A stretch of 64,000 nt of DNA, from positions 26,422-90,421 of the forward strand of contig JAJPJL010000128.1 in NCBI GenBank assembly GCA_021324255.1, written 5' to 3'. Origin of the DNA: Bacillota bacterium. GTDB lineage: Bacteria; Sysuimicrobiota; Sysuimicrobiia; Sysuimicrobiales; Segetimicrobiaceae. Numbering within the stretch: position 1 is the stretch's first letter; each line of letters opens with the position of its first letter. A program made the translations under genes and the position numbers. Below the pieces are notes generated by a model. The model worked only from the letters and a program-made list of their open reading frames with translations, had not been told where the DNA came from and did no database searches. This document shows positions 17,389 to 26,034 of the stretch, piece by piece.

Positions 17389-17727
17389 ATGGACGACGGG
17401 ACGCACATCTGCCCAAAGTTCCACCGCGCCATCGAGTTGATCGGCAAGCGGTGGACGGGCGCCATCATCTGGGCGCTGCTGGACGGGCCGCAACGATTCT
17501 CGGGGCTCCTGGACGTCATTCCCGGCCTGCATGACCGGGTGCTGTCGGAGCGCTTGAAGGAGATGGAAGCCGAGGGCATCGTACGGCGCCAGGTCTATGC
17601 CGAGACGCCGGTCAGGATCGAATATGCCCTCACCGACAAGGGACGGGACCTGCAACGGGTCGTGGCGGAGATGAAGCGGTGGGCGGACCGCTGGCTCCGC
17701 CCGGCCGCGCGCGCCGCGAGAAACTAA
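17389..17727 (+). CDS. HxlR-family winged-helix transcriptional regulator
   Basis: The protein reads CPKFHRAIELIGKRWTGAIIWALLDGPQRFSGLLDVIPGLHDRVLSERLKEMEAEGIVRRQVYAETPVRIEYALTDKGRDL. RBS GAGGAG is present. Confidence 0.85.
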   Translation: MDDGTHICPKFHRAIELIGKRWTGAIIWALLDGPQRFSGLLDVIPGLHDRVLSERLKEMEAEGIVRRQVYAETPVRIEYALTDKGRDLQRVVAEMKRWADRWLRPAARAARN

Positions 17728-17754
17728 CGGAGCGCCCGGAGGCGCGCCTGTGCC

Positions 17755-18198
17755 TTAGGGGAGCGGGCGCGCGTAGCCGCCGGTGTCCGCGGCCTCATCG
17801 GGCACGCGCGCCGGAGGGGCGGCGTCCGGGGTGCGCCGCTCGGTCATCGAGCGCACGGCGTCGTCGACGTCCGGAAAGATGTCGAACACCTCGTGGAGCG
17901 ACAGCGCGGAGAAGACCTCGCGCATCGCCTGCGACGTAAAGACCAGCGCCAGATCGACATCCATGATACGGCACCGGTCCCGGATCCCCATGAGCACGTT
18001 CAACGCCGTGCTATCGAGGTACGTCACGCGCGACAGATCGATCACGAGCGGCAGGCGATCGCGCAACGCCTGAGTGAGGACGTCCTGCGGGACGTAGATA
18101 TTGCTGACGTCGATTTCGCCCTGCACGCGCACCAGGTTGACGTGCTCCAGCCGGACCATCTGGCACCACAGCGACTCAGCGCGGCGATCCGTCACCAT
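17755..18198 (-). CDS. STAS-domain protein (anti-sigma-factor antagonist SpoIIAA-like)
   Basis: The ATG at 18198 follows GGGAGGGGCGCC. The STAS core reads VRVQGEIDVSNIYVPQDVLTQALRDRLPLVIDLSRVTYLDSTALNVLMGIRDRCRIMDVDLALVFTSQAMREVF. The candidate phospho-Ser context is DST. Confidence 0.75.
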   Translation of the reverse strand: MVTDRRAESLWCQMVRLEHVNLVRVQGEIDVSNIYVPQDVLTQALRDRLPLVIDLSRVTYLDSTALNVLMGIRDRCRIMDVDLALVFTSQAMREVFSALSLHEVFDIFPDVDDAVRSMTERRTPDAAPPARVPDEAADTGGYARPLP

Positions 18199-18300
18199 GG
18201 CGCCCCTCCCGGATGCGGCGAAATCCTGCTTCAATGATGCGCCGCGGTTGCGGCAAAATCAACCGGGCCGTACCCTCGAGGGTCCCGGGACGGGCGCGGC

Positions 18301-19041
18301 TCATCCGGCGGCGGCGGGCCCGCGCGCGCGCCCGAACGCGACGCGGGCGAACGTCGCGGTGATGCGCACGCTCGCCGCGAGCGTGCCGCGCAGCGTGCCC
18401 GATACCTTGGACCTCCCGCCCGCGCGGCGGCGGTGGTCCACCGGCACCTCCAGGATGCGGAGCCCCAACGCCGCCGCGCGCATCTGCATCTCGAGGTTCC
18501 AGCCGTACGTCGGCTCCCGCATCCCGAGCCGCTCCAACGCGCCGCGGCGAATGGCGCGGAACGGGCACATGTCGCTGTAGCGCACGCCGTACCGCAGGCG
18601 CACGAGGATGCCGGCGAGGCGCGCCGCGAGCACCTGCGAGCGGCCCATGCTCCCGGCCTCCCGGCGGCCGCGAAGGCGCGAGCCGATGACGAAATCCTGG
18701 TCCCCCGCGAGGATCGGCGCCACGAGCCGGTCCATGAGTTCGGGGCGGTCGCTGCCGTCGCCGTCGAGAAACACGATGACGGCGCACCGCGGGTCCACGG
18801 CGCGGACACCCGCGGCGCAGGCCCGGCCGTAGCCGCGCTGCCGCTCACGCACGACCCGCGCCCCGGCCGTTCGCGCCTGCTCGGCCGTGGCGTCGTCGCT
18901 CCCGTTGTCCACCACGATCACCTCGTCGGCGATCCCCCGCGGGACCGCCCCGACAACCCGCGCGATGGTGTCGGCCTCGTTCAGCGCGGGAATGACCACG
19001 GACACCCAGGCGCCGTGACGCTCCGCCCGCGGACCCGTCAT
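18301..19041 (-). CDS. family 2 glycosyltransferase (Dpm1-like), 'transferase 2, rSAM/selenodomain-associated' type
   Basis: This is the C-terminal 246 codons of the listed 1044-aa ORF. The protein reads VSVVIPALNEADTIARVV...VIVVDNGSDDATAEQAR...FLDGDGSD (DxD). Its start overlaps the epimerase stop by 4 nt. Confidence 0.8.
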   Translation of the reverse strand: MTGPRAERHGAWVSVVIPALNEADTIARVVGAVPRGIADEVIVVDNGSDDATAEQARTAGARVVRERQRGYGRACAAGVRAVDPRCAVIVFLDGDGSDRPELMDRLVAPILAGDQDFVIGSRLRGRREAGSMGRSQVLAARLAGILVRLRYGVRYSDMCPFRAIRRGALERLGMREPTYGWNLEMQMRAAALGLRILEVPVDHRRRAGGRSKVSGTLRGTLAASVRITATFARVAFGRARGPAAAG

Positions 19042-20213
19042 GCGTCGCCCGTGGAGACCGGATCCGCGCGGCCGGGCCCGGCCCCGGCCACACGGTGCAC
19101 GATCCCCTTGGCGCCGAGGATCGCCTCGGCCGCGGCGAAGTAGTCGCGCACGTCGGCCTGCCGCCGGACCCATGCCAGATACCGCTCGAGGCCGGCGGGG
19201 AGACCGGTGCGCGGGGTAAAGCCCGCGGCGCGAGCCCGCGAGATGTCCGCGGTGAGGTGCCGGATCTCGCCCGGGCGGAACTCCCCGCGCAGGACCGGCG
19301 GGATCCGGCGGCCGAGCGCGCCGGCGAGCGCCTCGTAGAGGTCGTGGATGGCGGTCGCCGTCCCGCTGCCGACGTTGACCGGCACCCCGTCCCACGCCGA
19401 GGTCGTGGCGGCGAGCAGGTTGGCCTCGGCGATATCCTCCACGAAACAAAAGTCGCGCGTCTGCGCGCCGTCCTCGTAGATCACGGCGGGACGGCCGTTG
19501 AGCAGGCGCGTGCAGAAGATCGCGATGACCCCGGTGTACGGGTTGAACAGCGACTGCCGGGGCCCGTAGGTGCACGAGTACCGCAGGGCGACCGCGGGGA
19601 TGCCGGTCTGCTCGGCCCACGACAGGACGAGGCGTTCCTGCGCCACCTTGCTGATGGCATAGGGGGTCGCGCCGCACAACGGCGCGTCCTCGCCCGTCGG
19701 CACCGAGACCGTCCGCCCGCGGCAGCGCGGACAGTGGACCGTGAAGTCGCCGGCCCGCAACTGCGCCACCGGCCGCACCGGGGGATAGACCGTCCCATGC
19801 ACCGGGCAGGCGACCGCGCCCTCGGCGTACACCACCTGGGAGGACGCCACGATGACCTTGCGGACCGGCAACCGTTCGTCCCGGATCAGCTCCAAAAGCA
19901 GCGCCGTGCCGACGACGTTGACGTCGGCGTACTTCGCGATCTCCGGCATGAACCCGCCGTACGCCGCCTGGTGAAACACCACGTCGATGTCGCGGAGCGC
20001 CGCCAGCACGAGCGCGCGGTCCCGGATGTCTCCCTCCACGAACTCGGCGGCATCCGGCACCCACGCGGGCCGGCCGTGCCGGTGGGTCTGCGGCTCGAGA
20101 CGATCGAGGACGCGAACGCGCCACCCGTCTTGCAGCAGCCGGTCGACGATGTGCGACCCGATCAACCCCGCGCCGCCCGTGACGAGCGCGCGCCGCCCCA
20201 CCCGTTCCCCCAT
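19038..20213 (-). CDS. NAD-dependent epimerase/dehydratase (extended SDR)
   Basis: The Rossmann motif VTGGAGLIGSHIV is present. The catalytic YxxxK reads TPYAISK. Confidence 0.85.
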   Translation of the reverse strand: MGERVGRRALVTGGAGLIGSHIVDRLLQDGWRVRVLDRLEPQTHRHGRPAWVPDAAEFVEGDIRDRALVLAALRDIDVVFHQAAYGGFMPEIAKYADVNVVGTALLLELIRDERLPVRKVIVASSQVVYAEGAVACPVHGTVYPPVRPVAQLRAGDFTVHCPRCRGRTVSVPTGEDAPLCGATPYAISKVAQERLVLSWAEQTGIPAVALRYSCTYGPRQSLFNPYTGVIAIFCTRLLNGRPAVIYEDGAQTRDFCFVEDIAEANLLAATTSAWDGVPVNVGSGTATAIHDLYEALAGALGRRIPPVLRGEFRPGEIRHLTADISRARAAGFTPRTGLPAGLERYLAWVRRQADVRDYFAAAEAILGAKGIVHRVAGAGPGRADPVSTGDA

Positions 20214-21617
20214 TCACGTCTCCCTTCGAAGCACCGGCGATCCCGGGCGCCGGCGGTGTGCGGCCCGCAGCGCGCCGCGCCGCAGGCGCCCCCGGATCTC
20301 CGCCCCGAATCGCTCCGCGAGCGCCAAGCCCGCCGTCGGGCCATAGAGCGCGATATCGAACGCCAGCATCTCGTCGTTGATGCCGAACCACGGCCGGTAC
20401 CACAACGCCGAGAAGAGCCACAGGGCTGCGCCGGTCATGTAGAGGAGCGCGATCCGCGGCGTGAAACAGGCGAGCGCCACGAGCCATCCGAAGTACCAGA
20501 GGTAGTGCGTCGACAGGAGCACGAGGAACGCGGCGGCGACCGTGGCGCCGTAGCCGAGGTCGCCGAGCGCCGTCCGGCGCTCGGTGCGCCAGACACGATA
20601 CGCGAGCAGGAACAGCATGAGCAGCGCCGCGCCGGCATACGCCGCGACGGGCGCGGCCACGCCTGCCAGCCGGGCCAGCGTCAGGCCGAGGAACCGGTCG
20701 CCGGTGACGATGCCTTCCTCCGCGGCGTAGCCCGGCAGAAACCCGATCACCCCGGTCCCGACGCCGAGATACGGCAGATACCCGGCCGCGACGGTCGCCG
20801 CCAGCGCCGCCGGCATCTTCCATGTGCCGCGCCGGTAAAATGCGAGCACGAGGAGGGCGGGATACAGTTTCACCAGCGTGGCGCAGCCGAGCGCGATACC
20901 GGTGAGGCTCTCCCGGCGGCGCAGGTGCGCCAGCACCGCCACGAGGATGAAGGTGATCGCCGCGGCGTCGATGTGACCGTCCCCCGCGTACTGCCACAGG
21001 ACCAACGGATGCCAGGCGTACAGCAAGACGCGCTCCCGCGGCAGGCCGGCCAGGCCGAGCGTGAGGCACAACAGCCACACGGTCCCGCCCTCGAACGCGA
21101 CCACCGCCGCCTTCATCGCCGTCACCGTCTGGCTGACCCGCGTCACCGCGAGGAAGATCGCCTGCGCCGCCGGCGGGTAGATCGTGTGCGCGTAGTCCCG
21201 CCGGCTGACGTGCGGGTAGATCGCCGCGTCGCGCAGCCCGGCGAGCGCCGGATCCGCCGGCACGTACCGGTATGGATTGACGCCGGCGCCCTGCACGCGC
21301 CCGTCCCAAATGTACCGGTAGATGTCCGCGGAAAACTTCGGCGGGCTCAGAACAAGCGGGATGCGGCACAGGAGCGCGACGAGCAGGATCACGGTGAGGC
21401 CGCCTCTGGCGACCCGCCCGGTGAGGACCATCCACGCCGCGCCGCCGAACAACAGCGTCTGTGCGAGCGCCAGGGTCCGCACGGCGAAGATATCGGGGAT
21501 GTGCGCGCGCTCGCCGTAGACGTACGACGCCACCGTGAGCGCGCCGAGACCCGCGAGCACCGCGGTCCCGGCGGCCGGCCGCACCCCGTTACCGCGGAAG
21601 GCCGGCGCGATCGCCAC
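20214..21617 (-). CDS. polytopic membrane glycosyltransferase-like protein (DUF2029/GT87-like, GT-C fold candidate)
   Basis: There are about 11 predicted TM helices and an Arg-rich cytoplasmic tail. The stop abuts the epimerase start. The GTG start at 21617 overlaps the upstream gene by 29 nt; an alternative GTG lies at 21584. Confidence 0.55.
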   Translation of the reverse strand: MAIAPAFRGNGVRPAAGTAVLAGLGALTVASYVYGERAHIPDIFAVRTLALAQTLLFGGAAWMVLTGRVARGGLTVILLVALLCRIPLVLSPPKFSADIYRYIWDGRVQGAGVNPYRYVPADPALAGLRDAAIYPHVSRRDYAHTIYPPAAQAIFLAVTRVSQTVTAMKAAVVAFEGGTVWLLCLTLGLAGLPRERVLLYAWHPLVLWQYAGDGHIDAAAITFILVAVLAHLRRRESLTGIALGCATLVKLYPALLVLAFYRRGTWKMPAALAATVAAGYLPYLGVGTGVIGFLPGYAAEEGIVTGDRFLGLTLARLAGVAAPVAAYAGAALLMLFLLAYRVWRTERRTALGDLGYGATVAAAFLVLLSTHYLWYFGWLVALACFTPRIALLYMTGAALWLFSALWYRPWFGINDEMLAFDIALYGPTAGLALAERFGAEIRGRLRRGALRAAHRRRPGSPVLRRET

Positions 21618-22404
21618 GACGCTCGCCGGTCACGGATGGCGGCGCCCAGATGCGTTCCCGCGCGTGCGCGAGCAGCTGCGAGAGATACCGGCGGGTGTGG
21701 GGTGCCGGAGATCCCCGGCCCCCGTGCCCGTCGAAGCACTCCCGGCACAGGCGGCGCAGGCTCGGCGCATCGTCGACGTCATACCACCTCGGCAGGACCT
21801 CGACCCGCACGCCGGCCTCGGCGGCGCGCGCGAGCGTTTGCGCGAATACGGCCTCCGTCCCCCACGCGATGCCGGCAAACAGCCGCGGGTCCGGCGCCGT
21901 CATGCCGATCAGGTAGTAGCCGCCGTCGTCCGCGGGACCGATGACCACGCAGTCGGGATCGCGCGCCAGCAGCCCCGCCGCTTCCGTGAACACCGCCGGG
22001 GACAGGGTCGGGCTGTCGGAGCCGACCAGGCAAAGGGCGGCGTACCCGGCGTCCCGCAAGTCCGCCGCCGCGCCATACAATCGCTCGCCGAGCGTGCCGC
22101 CGCGCTGGAGAACCCGATGGAACTCGGGGGGCACGAGCGCGTCGAATACCGCCTCGCTCCCGGCCGGTGTGTACACCACCGCCCCCTCGCATGCCCCGGC
22201 GGCGCACGCCGCCGTGATGGCGGCTGCGGTATCGCGAAGAAAGCACGCGTGGAGCGCGGCGGCCTCGGCCGGCGATAGCGGCGGCGTCAGTCGGGTCTTG
22301 ACGCGCCCGGGGAGCGGCGCTTTGGTCATGATCCCGATCGCACACCGGCCGGGGTGGGACGACCCCGGGCGACCCGCGGGGCGGCGCCGCATGCCGCTTG
22401 TCAT
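21589..22404 (-). CDS. DUF2064 / CofC-MobA-like nucleotidyltransferase-fold protein ('transferase 1, rSAM/selenodomain-associated' type)
   Basis: The conserved N-terminus reads AIGIMTKAPLPGRVKTRL, followed later by LVGSDSPTLSP and DDGGYYLIG. The start ATG overlaps the cupin stop (ATGA). Confidence 0.75.
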   Translation of the reverse strand: MTSGMRRRPAGRPGSSHPGRCAIGIMTKAPLPGRVKTRLTPPLSPAEAAALHACFLRDTAAAITAACAAGACEGAVVYTPAGSEAVFDALVPPEFHRVLQRGGTLGERLYGAAADLRDAGYAALCLVGSDSPTLSPAVFTEAAGLLARDPDCVVIGPADDGGYYLIGMTAPDPRLFAGIAWGTEAVFAQTLARAAEAGVRVEVLPRWYDVDDAPSLRRLCRECFDGHGGRGSPAPHTRRYLSQLLAHARERIWAPPSVTGERRGDRAGLPR

Positions 22405-22817
22405 TTGACCACGGTCGTCTCGTCGGCGCCCTTGGGAATCAACTCGGCCGCCGAGATGCGGGCGGGGCTCGCGCTCCGGTTGATGAGGGCGTGCACGTCC
22501 CCGGGCACCTCGAGGAAGCTCTCGCCGGTCTTGATGACGCGTTCGCCGCCGCCGCGCTGCAGCACGAGCTGGCCGGACACGACGGTCACCACCACGGGGC
22601 CGCCGTGCACGTGCCGCGGCGTCGCGCTGCCGGGCGGGAAATCCACGACGAAGTCGTAGAGATCGTAGTCGCCGGCCGTCACGGACACGGGGAACGCGGC
22701 CACGGTCACCGTCCGGGGCGACGCGCCCGGAGCGGCGGCCCGCACGGTCTCGATCACGGAACCGGCGAGCAACGCGCCCAGCGCCGCCGCCAGCACATAC
22801 CATCGCCGGACTGGCAT
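22401..22817 (-). CDS. secreted cupin-domain protein
   Basis: A signal peptide (MPVRRWYVLAAALGALLAGSVIETVRA) is present. The cupin motifs read PGSATPRHVHGGPVVVTVVSGQL and GESFLEVPGDVHAL. Confidence 0.65.
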   Translation of the reverse strand: MPVRRWYVLAAALGALLAGSVIETVRAAAPGASPRTVTVAAFPVSVTAGDYDLYDFVVDFPPGSATPRHVHGGPVVVTVVSGQLVLQRGGGERVIKTGESFLEVPGDVHALINRSASPARISAAELIPKGADETTVVK

Positions 22818-22874
22818 CTCGCTCCTCCTCTCGCACGTCCCGCGCGTTGCCGTGCGGCCGGGCGCGGCCGGCGC

Positions 22875-23939
22875 TTAGCGGGCGCCCTCGCGGGCCATCA
22901 CGACCGTCGTGCAGGAACTGCTCAGCTTCGGCAGGTCGCGCGCGCCGGCGGATCGCACCGCGAGCCGTATCCGGTCGCCGCGCACGATCGGGCAGTACAT
23001 GTCGGGGGCATCCAGCGCACCCTGCAACCGCCGGCGCCCGGCGCACCCGCCGTGACAGGCCGCGCGGTGCTCGCACGCTTGACAGGCCTCGGGGAGCGCG
23101 CGCGCCTGTGCGAACGGCTCGGTGTTCACGATGTCGCGCCCCAGGCGCAGGCCCTCGCGGAGCGGCTCGCCGGGCCCCGGCCAGTAGACGCACGGCTGTG
23201 TCGTGCCGCGCGGGGTGACCCGCACCGTGCTCACGCCGCATCCGCCCGCCGGCGCCGGGAGCCCGGCCATGGCGCGCACCAACGGCTCGCCGATCGCGAT
23301 GACGTCCGTCTCCGCAAACAGCGCCCGAAACCCGTCCCAGTACTCCTCGTACGTCAGCGCATACGCGTCGGAGCGCACGGCTTGGTACACATTCACCCGC
23401 AGGGGCGCACGGAACTTGGCGGCGACGCGCGCCACCTCCGCGAGGCGGCGATAGTTGGACTTCATCATCACCGCGACGATGGTCACGGGCACGCCGGCGC
23501 GCACGCAGCGCGCCGCCTGCTCGTGGATCAGGGCCCAGTTGCCGGCGCCCCGCTGCGCGTCCTGTTCGTCCGCCGTCGGATAATCGAGCGAGAACTCGAC
23601 GTCGTGAAAGGCGCGCAGCTCCGCGTCCGAGAGCACGGCCACGCTGTAGCCGTTTGAGGTGATCGTCAGTTTGACCGGCTGAGCGCGCAGGTACGCGAGG
23701 ATGGCCCTGAAGTCGGGGTGCAGCCCGTTCTCGCCCGTGCCCAAGTTGACCGACTGTACGGGGAGCCGCGCCATCACGGCCCGGACCTGATCCAGCGTGA
23801 GCCGGTCCACGCGCGCCGGATCCCGGTAGCAGAATGCGCACGCCAAGTTGCACTCGTTCGTCAGGCCGAGTCCCAGCGCCACCCCGGGCGGGGCCGTGCG
23901 CGCCTCCGATGCCGGCGCGGGGGCGCGGGTGTCGGACAT
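22875..23939 (-). CDS. radical SAM enzyme with Cys-rich C-terminal (SPASM/selenodomain-like) domain
   Basis: The ATG at 23939 follows GGAGG. The radical SAM cluster motif CNLACAFC (CxxxCxxC) is present. The C-terminal Cys cluster reads CQACEHRAACHGGCAG...MYCP. There is no in-frame TGA, and the gene ends with TAA. Confidence 0.75.
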   Translation of the reverse strand: MSDTRAPAPASEARTAPPGVALGLGLTNECNLACAFCYRDPARVDRLTLDQVRAVMARLPVQSVNLGTGENGLHPDFRAILAYLRAQPVKLTITSNGYSVAVLSDAELRAFHDVEFSLDYPTADEQDAQRGAGNWALIHEQAARCVRAGVPVTIVAVMMKSNYRRLAEVARVAAKFRAPLRVNVYQAVRSDAYALTYEEYWDGFRALFAETDVIAIGEPLVRAMAGLPAPAGGCGVSTVRVTPRGTTQPCVYWPGPGEPLREGLRLGRDIVNTEPFAQARALPEACQACEHRAACHGGCAGRRRLQGALDAPDMYCPIVRGDRIRLAVRSAGARDLPKLSSSCTTVVMAREGAR

Positions 23940-24093
23940 CACACGCCTCCGTTCTCGCGGGCCCGGGCACGGGGCCTCGCCGGCACGTGCGTGTAGCGCG
24001 CGAGCGCCGAAACCCCGGCGCGCATGCCCAGCGCCTGTTCGCATGCCACCACGCGCGCGTCCCCCGCGCGCCCCACCGTGCGACGCTCCGCGG

Positions 24094-24729
24094 TCACGAC
24101 AAGAGCCTCAGCACGCGCCCCCACGCCGTGTCCCGCGCCCGATCCGCATGCCGCAGCAAGATCGCGTCGATCCCCAGGCTGCGACCCGGCCGGGAGAGCA
24201 TGAACAGGAGCTGGATGACGATCAGGAACACGTATGTCCAGGGCCACTCGTACGGGTCGCGGTACAGACCCAACCACAGGTTCAGCGCCGCCAGGAGCCC
24301 GAGCACCGCGCCGAGCCGGCTGAACAGCCCGACAATGAGCAAGACCGCGATGAGGACTTCCCCGAGGTAGACTTGCGGGGCAAACACGTAGAAGTGCGGT
24401 TGCACCACGTGTTTGATGAAGTCCCGATGCCCGCCGAACGCCGCATACTGCGCCATCTGGCCAACCCAAAAGCGGAGCCCGCCGGACCCGTCCGGACGAT
24501 CGGTGTACGTCGGCGGGAGCTTCCACAGCGTCTGCGTCCACCACATCGTGCCCACGGCGAAGCGCGCGACCCACGTCCAAAATCGCCGGCCGGAGCGCTG
24601 ATCGGGATCGCGGCGCCAATTGGCCCAGGCCGCGATCACGCTCACGATGACGAGAATCCAGAACACGCCCGTGGTCCACCGTGGCTGCGTCAGGAATCCG
24701 ACCGCGTCGGCGAACGGCGTGGTCCGCAC
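24094..24729 (-). CDS. DoxX-family membrane protein
   Basis: Four TM helices and Trp-rich loops give a DoxX/DoxD-like topology. The start is 13 nt downstream of the permease stop. Confidence 0.65.
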   Translation of the reverse strand: MRTTPFADAVGFLTQPRWTTGVFWILVIVSVIAAWANWRRDPDQRSGRRFWTWVARFAVGTMWWTQTLWKLPPTYTDRPDGSGGLRFWVGQMAQYAAFGGHRDFIKHVVQPHFYVFAPQVYLGEVLIAVLLIVGLFSRLGAVLGLLAALNLWLGLYRDPYEWPWTYVFLIVIQLLFMLSRPGRSLGIDAILLRHADRARDTAWGRVLRLLS

Positions 24730-24741
24730 GGATGCCCGGCC

Positions 24742-25824
24742 TCAGAACCGGAGGAGCTGGGCGGCGACCCCGGCGACCAGCCCGAGACACGCCACCGACG
24801 CCGCGGTCAGGGCCAAGACCCGGACCGGCAGCACACGCCCCATCATCACGAGCGAGGGCAGGCTCACCGGGGCGAGCGTGGTCAACAGGACCGCCGCCCC
24901 GCCCGGGCCGAGCCCAAAGGACATCAGCGTCTGAACGATGGGAACCTCCCCGGCCGTCGGGATGACAAACACCGTGCCGGCGACGGCCAGCAGCGGCAGC
25001 ACGAGAGCGCTATGCCCGATCGCGGGGGTCACCGCGGGGAACATCCACCCCCGCACCGCCCCGAGCGCGAGGACGACGATCACGTATTCGGGAACGAGCC
25101 CCGAGCAGAGCTGCCACAGGGCCCGCCCCCAGCGGCGCACCAGCGACCGGGCATCGTAGGCCTCGGGCGCCCGTCCGGCCGGCGTCGCGGCCGGCGGCGT
25201 CACGGCCACGGCCCGCTCGGCGAGATACGCGGCGCCCAGGACGAGCACGACGCCGGCGGCGACGCGGAGCGCGACCCAACGCCACCCGAGCACGAACCCC
25301 ATGAAAATCATGGTCGCGGGATTGAGGGTGGGATTGCCGAGCCAGTACGCGACGGTGGCGCCGGGGGATGCGCGGCTGGCCCGGAGTCCGACCGCGACCG
25401 GCGCGGCGCAGCAGGTGCACATCATCGACGGCACCGACGCGCCGCCGGCGAGCACCGTACTCAGCCACCCCGCCTTGCCGAGCGCCCGCGCCGGCCATTC
25501 GCGCGGCAGCAGGACCTGCACGGCCGAGCCCACCAGCAGGCCGAGCACCATCGCCTGCCAGATGGCGCCGAAGTACGCGACCGTGAACGACCACGCCGCC
25601 GGCCATCCGACCGCCGGGGGCGCCGCTCCCGAGCCGGTGATGATCGAGGGGCCGATGCTGTGCCGCGCGATGGCGGTGAACGTTTTGTGAACGTACGGGC
25701 TCCACTTGACGTAGTACAAGCCCGCAACGGTCATGATGAAGAACAGAGCGATGGCCCACGGCATCAGGCGCATGCCCGCCGCCGGGATGCCCTCGTCCCG
25801 TTCAACAGCCACCGACTGGCCCAC
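24742..25824 (-). CDS. DUF318/ArsP-like permease with Cys-rich TM motif
   Basis: The GTG start follows GAGGTGACGCAC. It is a polytopic membrane protein. An MMCTCCAAP motif sits in the position of the CxC motif of ArsP/YraQ-type permeases. Confidence 0.65.
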   Translation of the reverse strand: MGQSVAVERDEGIPAAGMRLMPWAIALFFIMTVAGLYYVKWSPYVHKTFTAIARHSIGPSIITGSGAAPPAVGWPAAWSFTVAYFGAIWQAMVLGLLVGSAVQVLLPREWPARALGKAGWLSTVLAGGASVPSMMCTCCAAPVAVGLRASRASPGATVAYWLGNPTLNPATMIFMGFVLGWRWVALRVAAGVVLVLGAAYLAERAVAVTPPAATPAGRAPEAYDARSLVRRWGRALWQLCSGLVPEYVIVVLALGAVRGWMFPAVTPAIGHSALVLPLLAVAGTVFVIPTAGEVPIVQTLMSFGLGPGGAAVLLTTLAPVSLPSLVMMGRVLPVRVLALTAASVACLGLVAGVAAQLLRF

Positions 25825-25946
25825 CGTGCGTCACCTCAGTCCGACGTAGCGCGTCGTTGCGCCCATTCGTTTCCATAGGGATCGCGCCCGCCAACCCCCG
25901 GGCCCGGAGCATCCGGCGGCGCGGGCATGCGGCTGTGCTCCCCGCG

Positions 25947-25985
25947 CCACTGTACGTGGCCCCTGTAAAGGAATGTTAAAGGTCT
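25947..25985 (-). promoter_or_regulatory. conserved upstream cis-element copy 1 (CTTTAAC-n3-CCTTTACA-n8-GTACAGTG on gene strand)
   Basis: The top strand reads CCACTGTAC-gtggcccc-TGTAAAGG-aat-GTTAAAG. It lies 120-160 nt upstream of the permease start. A near-identical element recurs at 27905-27945. Confidence 0.45.
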
Positions 25986-26034
25986 CGCGACGGTCTCACG
26001 ATGGTGCCGCGGGCGCGGCGGCCGCGCGAGCGCA

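Noticed and set aside
18301-21435. 1044-aa minus-strand ORF
   Set aside because: This is a read-through frame lying across three real genes in other frames (the epimerase at 19038-20213 and the membrane protein at 20214-21617). Only its last 246 codons (GT2, 18301-19041) have protein-like sequence; the rest is Arg/Gly-rich junk.
19095-21944. 949-aa plus-strand ORF
   Set aside because: It is antisense to the epimerase and membrane-GT genes. Its composition (R/A/G/P runs) is typical of GC-rich antisense frames, and no motifs are present.
23848-25878. 676-aa plus-strand ORF
   Set aside because: It is antisense to the DoxX and permease genes and is extremely Arg/Gly/Asp-rich.
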